Below, in pieces: positions 9,534-21,059 of a DNA stretch of 64,000 nucleotides (positions are counted from its first letter, which is position 1; each line of letters begins with the position of its first letter). Both the position numbers and the translations under genes were made by a program. Source of the stretch: a virus (lineage: Duplodnaviria; Caudoviricetes); the IMG/VR virus record IMGVR_UViG_3300010157_000061, positions 3,700 through 67,699 of that record. One strand, given 5' to 3'. The notes under the pieces are model-generated. The model was not told where the DNA came from and did not search any database. It saw nothing but the letters and a program-made list of their open reading frames with translations.

Positions 9534-12500
9534 TGGAAATAGTTAACATAGATTTTTTAGGCAATACATCCGATTATCAACAATACGCTGACAAGGATGT
9601 TTCTTTGATTAATACCTCAACAGTATCAACTCCCTTTGGATCACCAAGTGACTACGTAGAGTATTTCATTTATGATTTGAATGGAAATTTACTGTCTGCT
9701 AACTATTTTGAAAAGAATTATACACCTGTTAACCCCGATCCTGTAACTGGTAATTATACCGCTCTAGAGATCGATCCTGAGGCAGATGTCAAGCTAAACG
9801 GTTACGATAGAGGTTCGGTTGAGATTACGTATAACTTCTTTAGAAACATATTTAGAAGTGATTTTACGAATAGATTCTGGATCAAAGAGATATCCGGAGA
9901 TAGAACGGAGTTAAGGATTTCTAGGCAAGATTTATCAAATCAAGAACTTCAACAAACGTTTCAAGACTTTGATAATCAAGCTCAACTTAAAGCCTATTAC
10001 CCCGACTTTTACTTAAATTTTGGAGATAATAACGTACTGATTGGAGTAAATGTTTTATTTACAATCCAGGACGGTGAAGCGTGTCTACTCATAAAATTAT
10101 ACGAACCTCTACCCGATAACTTATCTCTAAAAGATACTTTTTGGATTGTAGAACAGTTAAGTGATTCAGTAAAATACCAGGTTACAATTGATATTACTGC
10201 AGAGCAGACTGTACAGACAAACAACTTAAGAGGGCCTAATTTTAATTTAGGACTTGCAGAAAGAGTTAGTCAGACAACACCTCTGTATAATTTCAATAGC
10301 TTATTTGTAACTTCAGGATCCAATTCATCTTCTTCACTCTATCAACAGATTAGGAGTATGATGGATGAAAAAGGGTTAAATATAAACGTAGACTATAGTA
10401 ATTTTTCAAACTTTAGCCACTTCTCATCCGTACAAGAACGTATCTACAACTTTGCTTATAAACTAAGCTTGATTGAGAAATTCAATGCTGATATTGCAAA
10501 CCTAACTACAAATGTAACAGGTAGCAATACGATTACATCTGGAAGTATTTACTTACTTCAACAGCAGATCAACAATATCATAGAGAAGTTTGATGGGTAT
10601 GAATATTATCTTTACTACGAAAACGAACCGACGGCATGGCCTAAATCAAGTGATTTACCGCCATATACCCTATACTCCGTAACATCATCTCAAGCCTTAT
10701 CTTGGCTAGGAAATGCTGATGCAGGATATGGGATGTTATATTCAGCATCTATCTACGATTCAGATAATAAAGACTTATTCTTAAATACAATCCCGGCTTA
10801 TCTAAGAGAGGATGTAAATAACCTACCTTACGAGACTTTCTTAAACATGGTAGGTCAACACTTCGATAATATCTGGATCTACTACAAAGACGTTAGTGAA
10901 AGATTTAATGCAGAGAATAAACTAACCAAAGGTATTTCTAAAGACTTGGTAGGAGAGGCTCTAAAATCAATGGGTATTAACTTGTATACCAATACGAGTA
11001 TATCAGATAATCTCTACTACTCAACACTAGGAATCGATCCCGATGGTAGCTTAAAAGTGCCAACAGGATCTGTGAGTGCATCTTACTATATCGCCTACAA
11101 TCCTACAGGACCGTATGTTTACATAGGATATACAGACCCTAATTACTATGTACTAGACTACGACCTAAAACCTACAATCCCAGGTAACGACATTACTCTA
11201 GAATATTATAAGAGAATCTACCATAACCTACCATACCTACTAAAGACTAGAGGTACAACAAGAGGTTTGAGAGCTTTGATAAACTGTTACGGTATACCGG
11301 ACACAATGTTAAGAATCACAGAATTCGGTGGTTCAGATAAATTAGCAGCAACACCAGATCTAGTACAGGATAGATATTCGTTAGCTTACCGTAATACAGG
11401 TAGTATGAACTTAGCCATGCCTTGGGCAGGTCAGGATTATTACTACCAGAGTGCAGGAAGTAGCAGTATCGTACCAGATACGATTGAATTTAGATTCAAG
11501 ACAACAGGTATACCGGATTCTGCACATATCTCACAATCTATCTTTGAAGTTAATAGAGGAGGTACTGCTAAGACATTATTTGGATTACAATTAACCTACA
11601 ACTCTGCTTCAGCAGTAACATCTAGTTCATTACAAAATAACGGTAACCTTGTATTTAAACTACAATCAGGTTCATTAGGAACTGCTTATGCAGCTACAAC
11701 ACCTATCACTTTACCATTCTTCGATTCTGAACAATGGTGGACGGTAATGATGAGAAGAGATGTAGGAAACTTTGCAGGATCTAATAGCCAAACCTCTAAT
11801 ACGTACTGGGTATATGTTAAAGGAGCAGCTTATAACGAAGAGGGTAACGGAGAGATCACTTACGAAGCCTCTCAAAGCATTACTGTAAATGTACCATACG
11901 AAGGGGCACCTTCTGCTAGCTATAACGTAAACTGGAATACAGTTAATACGTCTTCGCTATCAAATTTATTCTGCGGATATTTAGGAGGACCTATCAACCA
12001 AACGAGTAGTTTATGTCCCCTAAGAACAACATTCCAAGGCTATTTCCAAGAATTTAGATACTGGAATATACCATTACAAGAGTCGGCTTTTGATGAACAC
12101 GTTCAAAACTCTATCTCATATAGAGGCAATACGATAACATCGTCGTTATATGAGTTATCCCTTAGAATCCCGCTGGGAAATAACCTAAACGTACCTTACT
12201 TAACTACGGCGAGTTTAACGCTAAATCCTAAGGATTATCAATATTATCAACTAGGGTTTAGTGAGGTAGATCAAAACGCAGTCCTGACTTCCTACCATCC
12301 TTCAATTACAGGATCATTTACGGTACCGTATACAAGTCGAATAGTGAATGGTATTGGATCTTTTGTGAGTGCGAGTAGACCGATAAGCTACGGTTTATTT
12401 AGTAGTGGAAGTACGAGAACATTTACTCCATTTGTGATAGCGGATCTAGTATCTTCACCATCAACTGGAGTCAACCAAAAAGTCAATAACAAGTTATTTA

Positions 12501-15500
12501 TACCTCAGCTAAACGATCTACCAGAGACTGTACTATCGCCTTATGTAAGCGTTCAAAGATTCGATCCAGATATTAGCAAGAATTCTGCCGATCTAGAAGT
12601 TGGATTCTCACCTAACGATTTAGTGGATGCAGATATAACAGATCAGTTAGGTTATTTTAATATTGATGACTATATTGGTAAACCAAGTGATGCATATGAA
12701 ACAGAGTATGTAGATTTGAATAATCTAAGGAAGACATATTTCCAAAAGTATATTAGCAAATTTACACTGTGGGATTTCATGAACTTAGTCAAGTTCTACG
12801 ATAACTCCCTATTCAAGATGATAAAGGATTTTGTACCTGCGAGAGCAAATCTATCGACAGGTATCATAATCAAACCACATATCTTAGAGAGACCCAAGTA
12901 TCCAAGACACGAACCTACTTGGGAGTTTAGTAATGAGTATAGTGGATCTGTTAAGATGGTTAAGGTGACGGGTTCAAATCCGGAAGCTATGTACCTAGAC
13001 ACTTCTTTCACTCAATCTCTAGTAACATCTCTAGGTACAATTACATCGATTAAAACCGATCTAAGTGAACCATTTACAGGTGAATTTAGCGGTACAACTA
13101 TACCGGTTACCAATAACGGTAAGTTCACTAATACCGAAGTTTCATCGATTAACTACCCTTGGACATCATCAATTAGTACCGGTCTAGCTATCTTCACGAC
13201 CTATTCCTTAGATGCATTATTAAATAACGTAACCGGTAGTAGAAGATCGACTAGATTCCTAGAAACAGATTACAGTTCAAATATAATAATACCGGTAAAT
13301 AGTGGATTAATCACAGGAGCTCTAGCTTTGTATCCATCAAGGAGTGCTAATCCAACCTATACAGGATTAGATAGCATATACTGGCCTTTTTCAGATATAA
13401 ATGACTACAACTATTATAGCTATGCTAGAACTAATTCAAGATACAGCGGTTCTAAAGTAGTTAGTCTAACTTATAATACATACAGTAGTCAATCTGCAAC
13501 ATGGGGAGGAGATCAATCCTATGGTAGTACAGCAGCTATTGATCATAATAGTTATAAACTAGGATGGGTAAGTAATATACCTTCAGTAAGTAAAAACTTT
13601 TACGATAAGACAACCGTTAATTTAAAGTACTTAGTAGATCAAGACAGTAATGTCTTAGAGTTATCAGCTAATAACACCAATTTATTTGAAGTACAGAATA
13701 TATTTAGATCTGGAGATCCTGTAAAAGTATCAGTATCAAACGTAACAGTACCTACCAATCAAGTAGCTTTAGATGGATTAAAAACAATATGGAGAGGAGG
13801 GTATTCATTTGACCCTATTTTATTTAGAGAAAATAATGAACCGCTATCTTTTAGATTTGATCAATCTTACAGCTCTTCTTTAAAAAACGTAATAGGTATT
13901 AACGCTATAGCAAGTAATAACAGTTTCGGTATATATGCAACTGTTCCTAATACCCTAGGTACTTTTGCGATTAACAATGTAGACTTAACGAAAAATCCAA
14001 GCTCTGCAGTAGGACAAGGTTATAGCGGCCACTACGTATATATTGAAAATGATTTATATGGATTAACAACTATTCCAGCCGCACAACCACAGGATAGGTA
14101 CGATATGACTACCTGGACGTATAGAACAGGATCTATAGGAGTCTCTAAAACACTACCGACAGTCCCACTTATAGTATCCGCTTCAGATTCTAAAACAATA
14201 GTCTATACATTCTCACAACTAAAATTTGACGATGTAAAGACACCGCCAGGATTTAATACAGATTCAGACCCCAATTCATACTCTACTACTCAGACTAACT
14301 ACATATATAAAGTACCGAGAAGTTCAACATATAATATTGATCTGAAAATACCATTCAGCTTCAGAGGTCAACTAATGGGAGCTACCAACACTACCCGTCC
14401 TTACGGAGTAAAATTATTTGCAATACTCGAATCTGCAAATAGCGCAACAACTTCAGCTACTGGATGGTCATTACTAGCAAGCTCAACATTGACAAAATTA
14501 ACAAATAATAGTAATTACACAGTCAATTCAAATTACAACCTGATAACATTTGACTCTGCTAATTCTCCTGAAGATGTATTTGTAGCTACATTAAACTTAC
14601 AAAATACTCCCTTGATACAGGGACAATGTTTAAGAATACGCTTCTGTTTTATAGATATCTCTAACAACCTAGGATTTTATCCATCTTTAACCCAGTATTC
14701 TGGAATTAGTGCACTAGGATTCCAGGTAAATTCAACCCTTGCTGCTGCAAATTTAGGTAATAGCGCTGTAACTCTACCGGAAAAATCTTCTTTCCAGATT
14801 ATAGATAGCCAGTTAATCACAGTTGAGGATTATTACATAAAGACCCTACAACAAACACAACCGCTATTTACAAATACATCAGAGAATACTATTAAGTTTA
14901 CACCGCTAGTTAACGAATACTTCCTATCAGCATCAACATTCTTCCCGTTATCTAGTAATCAAGACTTTTACACACCTGTAGTAGATCACTTTAGCATACA
15001 ACCGTACGACTTAATAAGAATCGGACCCTTTCAATCCTTAAAATCAAAGTATTACACAGTCATAGAGGTTGAAACCGCAATTACAACATACACCCCCTAC
15101 GACTGCTACTTTGACCATGTAGATACTGCTAACCCTCTAGCTTGGGTACAACTACTTATTTACGCATTCTTATTTTTAAACTCAACAACAGGAGCTGGAG
15201 GAGCTACTAATTTCATAGCAATTACAGTACCGCAGACTTTTGATTTTGAAAAATACTTTAGCGTGGGTACTTTATTCAATGTAACAGGGACAACAGGTGG
15301 GACTTACGATGTTTCAAACGTTACCGTTCTAGGTTATGCAATAGGAGCTGTGAGCATCACACCTCCTAGCGGGTATATAAATTACACACTGGCGGTTGAT
15401 AAAACTGTTGTAAGTTCAACATCAACCCCGGCTGTATTTACAATACTAAACCACGGAGAACAGATAACAGTAGTACCAAACATTGATACTGGTTCATTTA

Positions 15501-15676
15501 ATCTAGGACAGACCTTTGCTATATTAAGACCTAAATCAAATGAAACTTCAGTTATACTGGATTATAAAAAACGTGAAGGAGAGGTATCACAGACTATGTT
15601 AATACCTTATGATGCAAGTGCAGAATTAAAAACTAACGTAGGTACAATATTTGAAAACCTATACACTCAATTATAA
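9533..15676 (+). CDS. large baseplate/tail structural protein
   Basis: 2047 aa; RIYHNLPYLLKTRGTTRGLRALINCYGIP baseplate-wedge-like motif; LamG-like central region; S/T/G-rich. Confidence 0.6.
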   Translation: MEIVNIDFLGNTSDYQQYADKDVSLINTSTVSTPFGSPSDYVEYFIYDLNGNLLSANYFEKNYTPVNPDPVTGNYTALEIDPEADVKLNGYDRGSVEITYNFFRNIFRSDFTNRFWIKEISGDRTELRISRQDLSNQELQQTFQDFDNQAQLKAYYPDFYLNFGDNNVLIGVNVLFTIQDGEACLLIKLYEPLPDNLSLKDTFWIVEQLSDSVKYQVTIDITAEQTVQTNNLRGPNFNLGLAERVSQTTPLYNFNSLFVTSGSNSSSSLYQQIRSMMDEKGLNINVDYSNFSNFSHFSSVQERIYNFAYKLSLIEKFNADIANLTTNVTGSNTITSGSIYLLQQQINNIIEKFDGYEYYLYYENEPTAWPKSSDLPPYTLYSVTSSQALSWLGNADAGYGMLYSASIYDSDNKDLFLNTIPAYLREDVNNLPYETFLNMVGQHFDNIWIYYKDVSERFNAENKLTKGISKDLVGEALKSMGINLYTNTSISDNLYYSTLGIDPDGSLKVPTGSVSASYYIAYNPTGPYVYIGYTDPNYYVLDYDLKPTIPGNDITLEYYKRIYHNLPYLLKTRGTTRGLRALINCYGIPDTMLRITEFGGSDKLAATPDLVQDRYSLAYRNTGSMNLAMPWAGQDYYYQSAGSSSIVPDTIEFRFKTTGIPDSAHISQSIFEVNRGGTAKTLFGLQLTYNSASAVTSSSLQNNGNLVFKLQSGSLGTAYAATTPITLPFFDSEQWWTVMMRRDVGNFAGSNSQTSNTYWVYVKGAAYNEEGNGEITYEASQSITVNVPYEGAPSASYNVNWNTVNTSSLSNLFCGYLGGPINQTSSLCPLRTTFQGYFQEFRYWNIPLQESAFDEHVQNSISYRGNTITSSLYELSLRIPLGNNLNVPYLTTASLTLNPKDYQYYQLGFSEVDQNAVLTSYHPSITGSFTVPYTSRIVNGIGSFVSASRPISYGLFSSGSTRTFTPFVIADLVSSPSTGVNQKVNNKLFIPQLNDLPETVLSPYVSVQRFDPDISKNSADLEVGFSPNDLVDADITDQLGYFNIDDYIGKPSDAYETEYVDLNNLRKTYFQKYISKFTLWDFMNLVKFYDNSLFKMIKDFVPARANLSTGIIIKPHILERPKYPRHEPTWEFSNEYSGSVKMVKVTGSNPEAMYLDTSFTQSLVTSLGTITSIKTDLSEPFTGEFSGTTIPVTNNGKFTNTEVSSINYPWTSSISTGLAIFTTYSLDALLNNVTGSRRSTRFLETDYSSNIIIPVNSGLITGALALYPSRSANPTYTGLDSIYWPFSDINDYNYYSYARTNSRYSGSKVVSLTYNTYSSQSATWGGDQSYGSTAAIDHNSYKLGWVSNIPSVSKNFYDKTTVNLKYLVDQDSNVLELSANNTNLFEVQNIFRSGDPVKVSVSNVTVPTNQVALDGLKTIWRGGYSFDPILFRENNEPLSFRFDQSYSSSLKNVIGINAIASNNSFGIYATVPNTLGTFAINNVDLTKNPSSAVGQGYSGHYVYIENDLYGLTTIPAAQPQDRYDMTTWTYRTGSIGVSKTLPTVPLIVSASDSKTIVYTFSQLKFDDVKTPPGFNTDSDPNSYSTTQTNYIYKVPRSSTYNIDLKIPFSFRGQLMGATNTTRPYGVKLFAILESANSATTSATGWSLLASSTLTKLTNNSNYTVNSNYNLITFDSANSPEDVFVATLNLQNTPLIQGQCLRIRFCFIDISNNLGFYPSLTQYSGISALGFQVNSTLAAANLGNSAVTLPEKSSFQIIDSQLITVEDYYIKTLQQTQPLFTNTSENTIKFTPLVNEYFLSASTFFPLSSNQDFYTPVVDHFSIQPYDLIRIGPFQSLKSKYYTVIEVETAITTYTPYDCYFDHVDTANPLAWVQLLIYAFLFLNSTTGAGGATNFIAITVPQTFDFEKYFSVGTLFNVTGTTGGTYDVSNVTVLGYAIGAVSITPPSGYINYTLAVDKTVVSSTSTPAVFTILNHGEQITVVPNIDTGSFNLGQTFAILRPKSNETSVILDYKKREGEVSQTMLIPYDASAELKTNVGTIFENLYTQL

Positions 15677-16284
15677 TGACACAACTATACTACACCCCCT
15701 CATCCGGGTCCGTACTATCAAACCTACAAGTTGTAACAGATAACTTACAACCAGTATATTACTCAGATGTAACTATAACAACATCTTCGATAAGTATTTT
15801 TATACAGTCCGGAAGTTCAACCCTAGGTGTATATCCCGTAAATAACACAGACCTATACTACCCACCCTTTCCAACCGTAAGCCTACCTACTACATCAACT
15901 ACATCTTCGTATATAAGCATAGATTGGAGATTTGATTTGAACTACACAGAATATATAGAAGCAACTTTAAGCGGGAGTGGATACTCTTTAGTAAGCGGAA
16001 GTACGGTGTACTTAACAGGTAGTTATAATTCAAACCGAGGAAGTACTGTAATTTCAACTCCTAATACAAACTCACAGACCTACACTGCCACTGTATACGG
16101 AAAAACTACAGGCGGAGGTTCGTACACTACCAATGTATTTATTGTTAGCAATCAAGGTATACCGCCTCAAAACTTTATAGCGATAGTATCAGGAAGTAAC
16201 GTTTCCTCATCAGCTACATTCACGATGTCACCATCAAGTAATTACACAATGTATTTTACAGTAACAGGCAGCTCTGTACTATAA
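15676..16284 (+). CDS. hypothetical S/T-rich structural protein
   Basis: 202 aa beta-rich ORF with TAATG coupling. Confidence 0.5.
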   Translation: MTQLYYTPSSGSVLSNLQVVTDNLQPVYYSDVTITTSSISIFIQSGSSTLGVYPVNNTDLYYPPFPTVSLPTTSTTSSYISIDWRFDLNYTEYIEATLSGSGYSLVSGSTVYLTGSYNSNRGSTVISTPNTNSQTYTATVYGKTTGGGSYTTNVFIVSNQGIPPQNFIAIVSGSNVSSSATFTMSPSSNYTMYFTVTGSSVL

Positions 16285-16340
16285 TTTGACCTAAAACCTA
16301 GTTTACATATATTTATAATAAGATAAACACATAAAACAAC

Positions 16341-16997
16341 ATGGGATACTTAAACGGTACAACAGTCACAGTTGACGCAATTTTAACAAAAAAAGGTAGA
16401 GAGTTACTAGCCCGTAACGATGGTTCTTTCCAAATTACTCAATTTGCATTATCAGATGATGAGATAGATTATACACTCTATAATCCTAATCACCCTTCAG
16501 GTTCAGCATTTTACGGTGAAGCTATTACGGCGATGCCAATCATAGAAGCATTTCCAAATGATAACGAAATCATGAAGTATAAGTTAATTACTCTACCTCG
16601 TGGTACAGCTAAGATACCTGTTCTAGATATAGGTTATACATCGATTACATTAAAACAAGGTGCTTCTCTAGCTATAACTCCACAGACTCTAAACTACTTA
16701 GGTGCAACATCTACTTTCGAACAGTCTGGATACATAGTAACTATTGGAGATGTTAGAACCATGTCATCATTTAACGGTGTAGGTATAAATACTCAAGAAG
16801 CTCAGGCTCTAAACACTACAACTACCATAGGTACAAACGTAAGTAAGACAGTAATCGGTACATCTATCAATATGACTGCTACTACGATCAATACTCTATT
16901 TGGTACTCAAACACAACTACAAACCAATCTAATTGTAATTGGTAGAGATAGTGGTGCACGTATAACAGTACCGGTAACCATCATCAAGCAATCTTAA
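16341..16997 (+). CDS. virion structural protein (baseplate/tail-associated)
   Basis: MGYL..TVDAILTKKGRELLA..FQITQFALSDDEIDY motif; TATTTATA upstream. Confidence 0.6.
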   Translation: MGYLNGTTVTVDAILTKKGRELLARNDGSFQITQFALSDDEIDYTLYNPNHPSGSAFYGEAITAMPIIEAFPNDNEIMKYKLITLPRGTAKIPVLDIGYTSITLKQGASLAITPQTLNYLGATSTFEQSGYIVTIGDVRTMSSFNGVGINTQEAQALNTTTTIGTNVSKTVIGTSINMTATTINTLFGTQTQLQTNLIVIGRDSGARITVPVTIIKQS

Positions 16998-17018
16998 TAA
17001 TATTATACAAATACAAAT

Positions 17019-18038
17019 ATGAGCTTTGTCACTTTAGCCCCAACAGATTTCGTAGTAAGTGCAGATTCAGTAACAGCTCCAGCTTGGAGTACTGGTCTAC
17101 CCGTTCTAACAACATTTACAACCGCATCCTCAGTATCACCTACATTCTATGTAGATGTATATGCTAGTGGAACGACAGTAACCGATCCAACACCGCAATT
17201 TTCAATAGCATACGGAAACCTAAACGGATCAGGTTCTGCCTACTATAACTCACTAGTACCTTATATTTCACCTAGCAGAACAACTTACGGTCAATACAGG
17301 ACTCTGGTATACGGTGATGAAAATACTAATTTTAACTTCGGTACTGGTAATACAGTATCAAGAGATATCATAGTACTAAACATTAATAGAAATAGGTATA
17401 AACAACAACTATACCCACCTACTTTTAATATCGCCCTAACCTCAGGATCGTCTACTATAAAACTTACCAACGATAGTGCTACAGCGACAACAATAACTTA
17501 CCTAGACTGCGGTAGAGTTTTTAATATCGTGAGTGGAAGTAACGGGACAGCAGTATCAACTACAGTAGCATCAGGTGTGACAGCAGGCTATACTCCATCA
17601 GGTTCTTATGGATTATTCTTACCAGATATTGGTACGATAATCTTGAATCCAAGAGCATTAGCTCTACCATTTGCATCAGGTGGTATCAATTTATTAGTAA
17701 GTGAATCAGTTAATTCAAATGCTAACAATTACAACTACATTTATAATGCTATATCAGGCGGTGCTAACTTCCAATTGAACAGTGAGGAAACAGTGTCATC
17801 TGATTATATATTTGTAAGAGTAAAGAGTCAAGACTTTAATTACACCACCAATCCATCAATCATAAGTGGTAGTGGTGCATTAAACTTCTCAAGCTTAATT
17901 AATAACCCACAGACCTATCCAACAACTGTAGGTCTATACAATACCAATAACGAATTATTAGCAGTTGCTAAGATGTCAAAACCTCTAACTAAGGATTTTA
18001 CAAAAGAAGCACTCATTCGCGTCAAGTTGAATTGGTGA
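17019..18038 (+). CDS. virion structural protein (tail-collar/fibre-attachment-like)
   Basis: C-terminal TTVGLYN..NELLAVAKMSKP motif; paralogous to the next gene. Confidence 0.55.
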   Translation: MSFVTLAPTDFVVSADSVTAPAWSTGLPVLTTFTTASSVSPTFYVDVYASGTTVTDPTPQFSIAYGNLNGSGSAYYNSLVPYISPSRTTYGQYRTLVYGDENTNFNFGTGNTVSRDIIVLNINRNRYKQQLYPPTFNIALTSGSSTIKLTNDSATATTITYLDCGRVFNIVSGSNGTAVSTTVASGVTAGYTPSGSYGLFLPDIGTIILNPRALALPFASGGINLLVSESVNSNANNYNYIYNAISGGANFQLNSEETVSSDYIFVRVKSQDFNYTTNPSIISGSGALNFSSLINNPQTYPTTVGLYNTNNELLAVAKMSKPLTKDFTKEALIRVKLNW

Positions 18039-18054
18039 TAACTAATACTAAAAG

Positions 18055-18954
18055 ATGAGTTCTGCATACAAGACATTTAAAACATCAGATATAACTGTGT
18101 TTCCGTATAAGGCGAGTAAAACGTTTAGTTATACTCAAGATACGGTTACGGATGCAGGTATTAGTACAATTCAAGCATTTAACTACCCATCCAATACAGT
18201 ACTTTTTACAGCAGGTAAAAGTGTTTATTACAGATCAGCTAGACAGTTATACTATTCAAATGGTTTAGCAAGTCTAGCTCCATCAAAACCCTTATCCGAA
18301 CAGAATTATGATGAGTTAGTTGAGGATGAAAAAGGAGGAGCTAAGACTAGTACAACTCTAATGTATGATAATTTATTACAGTCTACAGCAACATCTGGAT
18401 CATCGGAGTATGATAGCAGAAAGAATTTCCCTACAGAGTATGGAACTCCAATACAGATTGTATCTATACCAACAATACTATACGGGGAGAATATAAAACC
18501 AGGAAGTTTCAGTATAAACAGTACTGATGGTGGTTTCGCAAGTATACAAGATGATGGTAACGGTAATATCGTAACTGTAAGCGGTAATGAGTATGTAGGA
18601 AATATTATTTACTCACAAGGTATAGTAATACTAATCATCGATATCTACGAAATACTGAACTATCCAACGTTCCTTTACGATCTAAGTTTTAAATCAGAAC
18701 TAACCATATATCAATCCCAGGTTAGATGTCATATAAACGAAAATGAATTCAATATGACTCTAAATCCATCGGCAGTATCTGGATCATATGGAGACGTATC
18801 AAATAATATAACAGGTTCCGCTTTTCAACCCTACGCCACAACCGTAGGTCTATACAACGCAGCTAATGAATTACTAGCTGTCGGTAAACTCGCTCAACCC
18901 ACTCCCATACCGTCTAATACAGACGTTACTTTTATTGTGAAGTGGGATAGCTAA
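18055..18954 (+). CDS. virion structural protein (paralog of upstream gene)
   Basis: C-terminal TTVGLYNAANELLAVGKLAQP motif. Confidence 0.55.
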   Translation: MSSAYKTFKTSDITVFPYKASKTFSYTQDTVTDAGISTIQAFNYPSNTVLFTAGKSVYYRSARQLYYSNGLASLAPSKPLSEQNYDELVEDEKGGAKTSTTLMYDNLLQSTATSGSSEYDSRKNFPTEYGTPIQIVSIPTILYGENIKPGSFSINSTDGGFASIQDDGNGNIVTVSGNEYVGNIIYSQGIVILIIDIYEILNYPTFLYDLSFKSELTIYQSQVRCHINENEFNMTLNPSAVSGSYGDVSNNITGSAFQPYATTVGLYNAANELLAVGKLAQPTPIPSNTDVTFIVKWDS

Positions 18955-18968
18955 CAAAACAATCATTT

Positions 18969-19388
18969 ATGGCAAAAAAAGTTAATGTTCGAAGAAGAGC
19001 TATTCAGCATGGATATCGCTCAGGCTTAGAAGAAACAGTCGCAAATCAACTCAAGAATAAACAAGTAGAATACGAATACGAGAGTAAAGCTAATATAGTC
19101 AAGTACCTAGTACCAGCTAAATCCCATACCTATCTACCAGATTTCAAACTACTCAACGGTATTATAATAGAAACTAAAGGTAGATTCGTATTAGCAGATA
19201 GAAAGAAACACGAACTAATCAAACAGCAATTTCCTGAATTAGATATTAGATTTGTATTCACTAATTCGAACACAAAGATATCAAAGAACTCTAAAACCAC
19301 ATACGGAATGTGGTGTGAGAAACTAGGCATACCTTATGCAGATAAGTTGATACCGGAGGCTTGGATAAAAGAATCTCCTAAATCTTAG
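18969..19388 (+). CDS. endonuclease I-like Holliday junction resolvase (T7 gp3 family)
   Basis: GYRSGLEE, YLPDF..NGIIIETKGRF...RKKH..LDIRFVF..SKTTYGMWC. Confidence 0.9.
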   Translation: MAKKVNVRRRAIQHGYRSGLEETVANQLKNKQVEYEYESKANIVKYLVPAKSHTYLPDFKLLNGIIIETKGRFVLADRKKHELIKQQFPELDIRFVFTNSNTKISKNSKTTYGMWCEKLGIPYADKLIPEAWIKESPKS

Positions 19389-19438
19389 GAGTAAGTTTAG
19401 GTAGGTACTCTAATTAATTTTCCGTATATTATCATAAT

Positions 19439-20383
19439 ATGGATAATACTAGATTGTTATTAGGAATCGTAGAGACTGTACTAGGTAGAGGTAAGCATAC
19501 TTCAAGACAGAATTATGCATTCAACTGTCCATTCTGTCATCATGCAAAACCCAAACTAGAGGTCGATCTACAGATATCGGCAGATGATAAGAATTCATGG
19601 AACTGCTGGGTGTGTAACACCAAAGGTAGATCACTGGCCACTTTACTTAAAAAAGCAGGAGCTAGTAGAGAGAAGATCTTAGAATTAAAGCCTTTTTTAA
19701 AGTATATACCAAAGGGAGGAGAGGGTGAAGAAGCAGAGAAGTTTATAATCACACTACCTAAGGAGTTTAAATCACTACTAGGTGGTAATAAATCTTCGAT
19801 CACTTTCCGACAGGCTCAGGCCTATGCCAAAAAAAGAGGTATAACCGAACAAGATATCATAAAATACGGGATAGGATACTGTGAAACAGGTAGATATGCT
19901 AATTCACTAATCGTCCAATCCCTAAATAAAGACGGGAAACTAAACTACTTCGTAGGTAGATCTTTTGAAAAAGACCCTGGAAGGAAATATAATACTCCCC
20001 GTTGTGATAAGAATGAAATAGTAGGTTTAGAATATTATGTAAACTGGAAATGTCCAGTAGTTTTATGTGAAGGTATCTTTGATGCAGTAGCTATAAAACG
20101 AAATGCAGTTCCTTTATTTGGAAAAACCATCTCAACAGCACTACAGATGCAGTTAGCACAGAGTGAGGTTAAGACGGTTTATATCGCTTTAGACAATGAT
20201 GCACTAAAAGACGCATTAAAACATGCTCAGCATCTATTAGACCAGGGTAAAGAAGTATATCTAGTAGAATTAGATGGTAAAGATCCTTCAGATATTGGGT
20301 TTCAAGAAATGACCAAGCTCTTACATCAAGCTAGTCCGTTGAGTTATGCAAAATTACTTCACAAAAAACTAGAATTATGTTAA
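19439..20383 (+). CDS. DNA primase (Zn finger + TOPRIM)
   Basis: CPFC..H..WNCWVC zinc finger; LCEGIFDA and ALDNDA, KDPSD TOPRIM motifs. Confidence 0.85.
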   Translation: MDNTRLLLGIVETVLGRGKHTSRQNYAFNCPFCHHAKPKLEVDLQISADDKNSWNCWVCNTKGRSLATLLKKAGASREKILELKPFLKYIPKGGEGEEAEKFIITLPKEFKSLLGGNKSSITFRQAQAYAKKRGITEQDIIKYGIGYCETGRYANSLIVQSLNKDGKLNYFVGRSFEKDPGRKYNTPRCDKNEIVGLEYYVNWKCPVVLCEGIFDAVAIKRNAVPLFGKTISTALQMQLAQSEVKTVYIALDNDALKDALKHAQHLLDQGKEVYLVELDGKDPSDIGFQEMTKLLHQASPLSYAKLLHKKLELC

Positions 20384-21045
20384 TTGAACAGCGTTCACCA
20401 GAGTGGTTTAACATTCGAAAAGGAAGAATAACCAGCTCAGAAGTGTGGAAAATTATGGGAGAAGGTAAATCTAAGACAGAAAGTCTTAGTGAGACCGCAA
20501 AAAGCTACTTATTAGAGAAGGTATCCGAAAAACTAGGTGGATTCTCATCACCAGCTCTAGGGCAAGCCCTTGATTGGGGAACTGATCTAGAAGATACTGC
20601 ACGAGATATCTACAAAGCAGCTACAGGATTAGATGTCCAACCCTGCTCTTTCTATACAGTAGGTAATCATTATGGTGGATCTCCAGATTCTATTGTAAAT
20701 CCAGACGGAACACTTGAAATTAAATGCCCTTACAACTCAGTAAATCATTTTAAATACGGTTTAATTACATCAGATGCCGAGTTTAAGAAAGCTTCTGCAG
20801 CCTACTACTACCAATGTATCTCACACATGGCAGTAACAGGTGCTAAATGGTGCGATTTTATTAGTTTTGACCCAAGAGTAAGCACGGATTACATGATGTT
20901 TATTTATAGACTACATAGAGATGAAGATGAAATCAAGAATATGTTGAGTAGGGTCGATATAGCGGTTAGATACATGAAAGAACTTGCTAATAAGTTACCT
21001 AAATCTATAATATCAGAAGAGCAGATTGTAATTAAGGAAGAGTAA
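20377..21045 (+). CDS. YqaJ/lambda-exonuclease family recombinase
   Basis: QRSPEWF..RKGRITSS, WG..LE, GGSPDS..LEIKCP, YYYQC. Confidence 0.9.
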   Translation: MLIEQRSPEWFNIRKGRITSSEVWKIMGEGKSKTESLSETAKSYLLEKVSEKLGGFSSPALGQALDWGTDLEDTARDIYKAATGLDVQPCSFYTVGNHYGGSPDSIVNPDGTLEIKCPYNSVNHFKYGLITSDAEFKKASAAYYYQCISHMAVTGAKWCDFISFDPRVSTDYMMFIYRLHRDEDEIKNMLSRVDIAVRYMKELANKLPKSIISEEQIVIKEE

Positions 21046-21059
21046 CTATTTATAAGTGT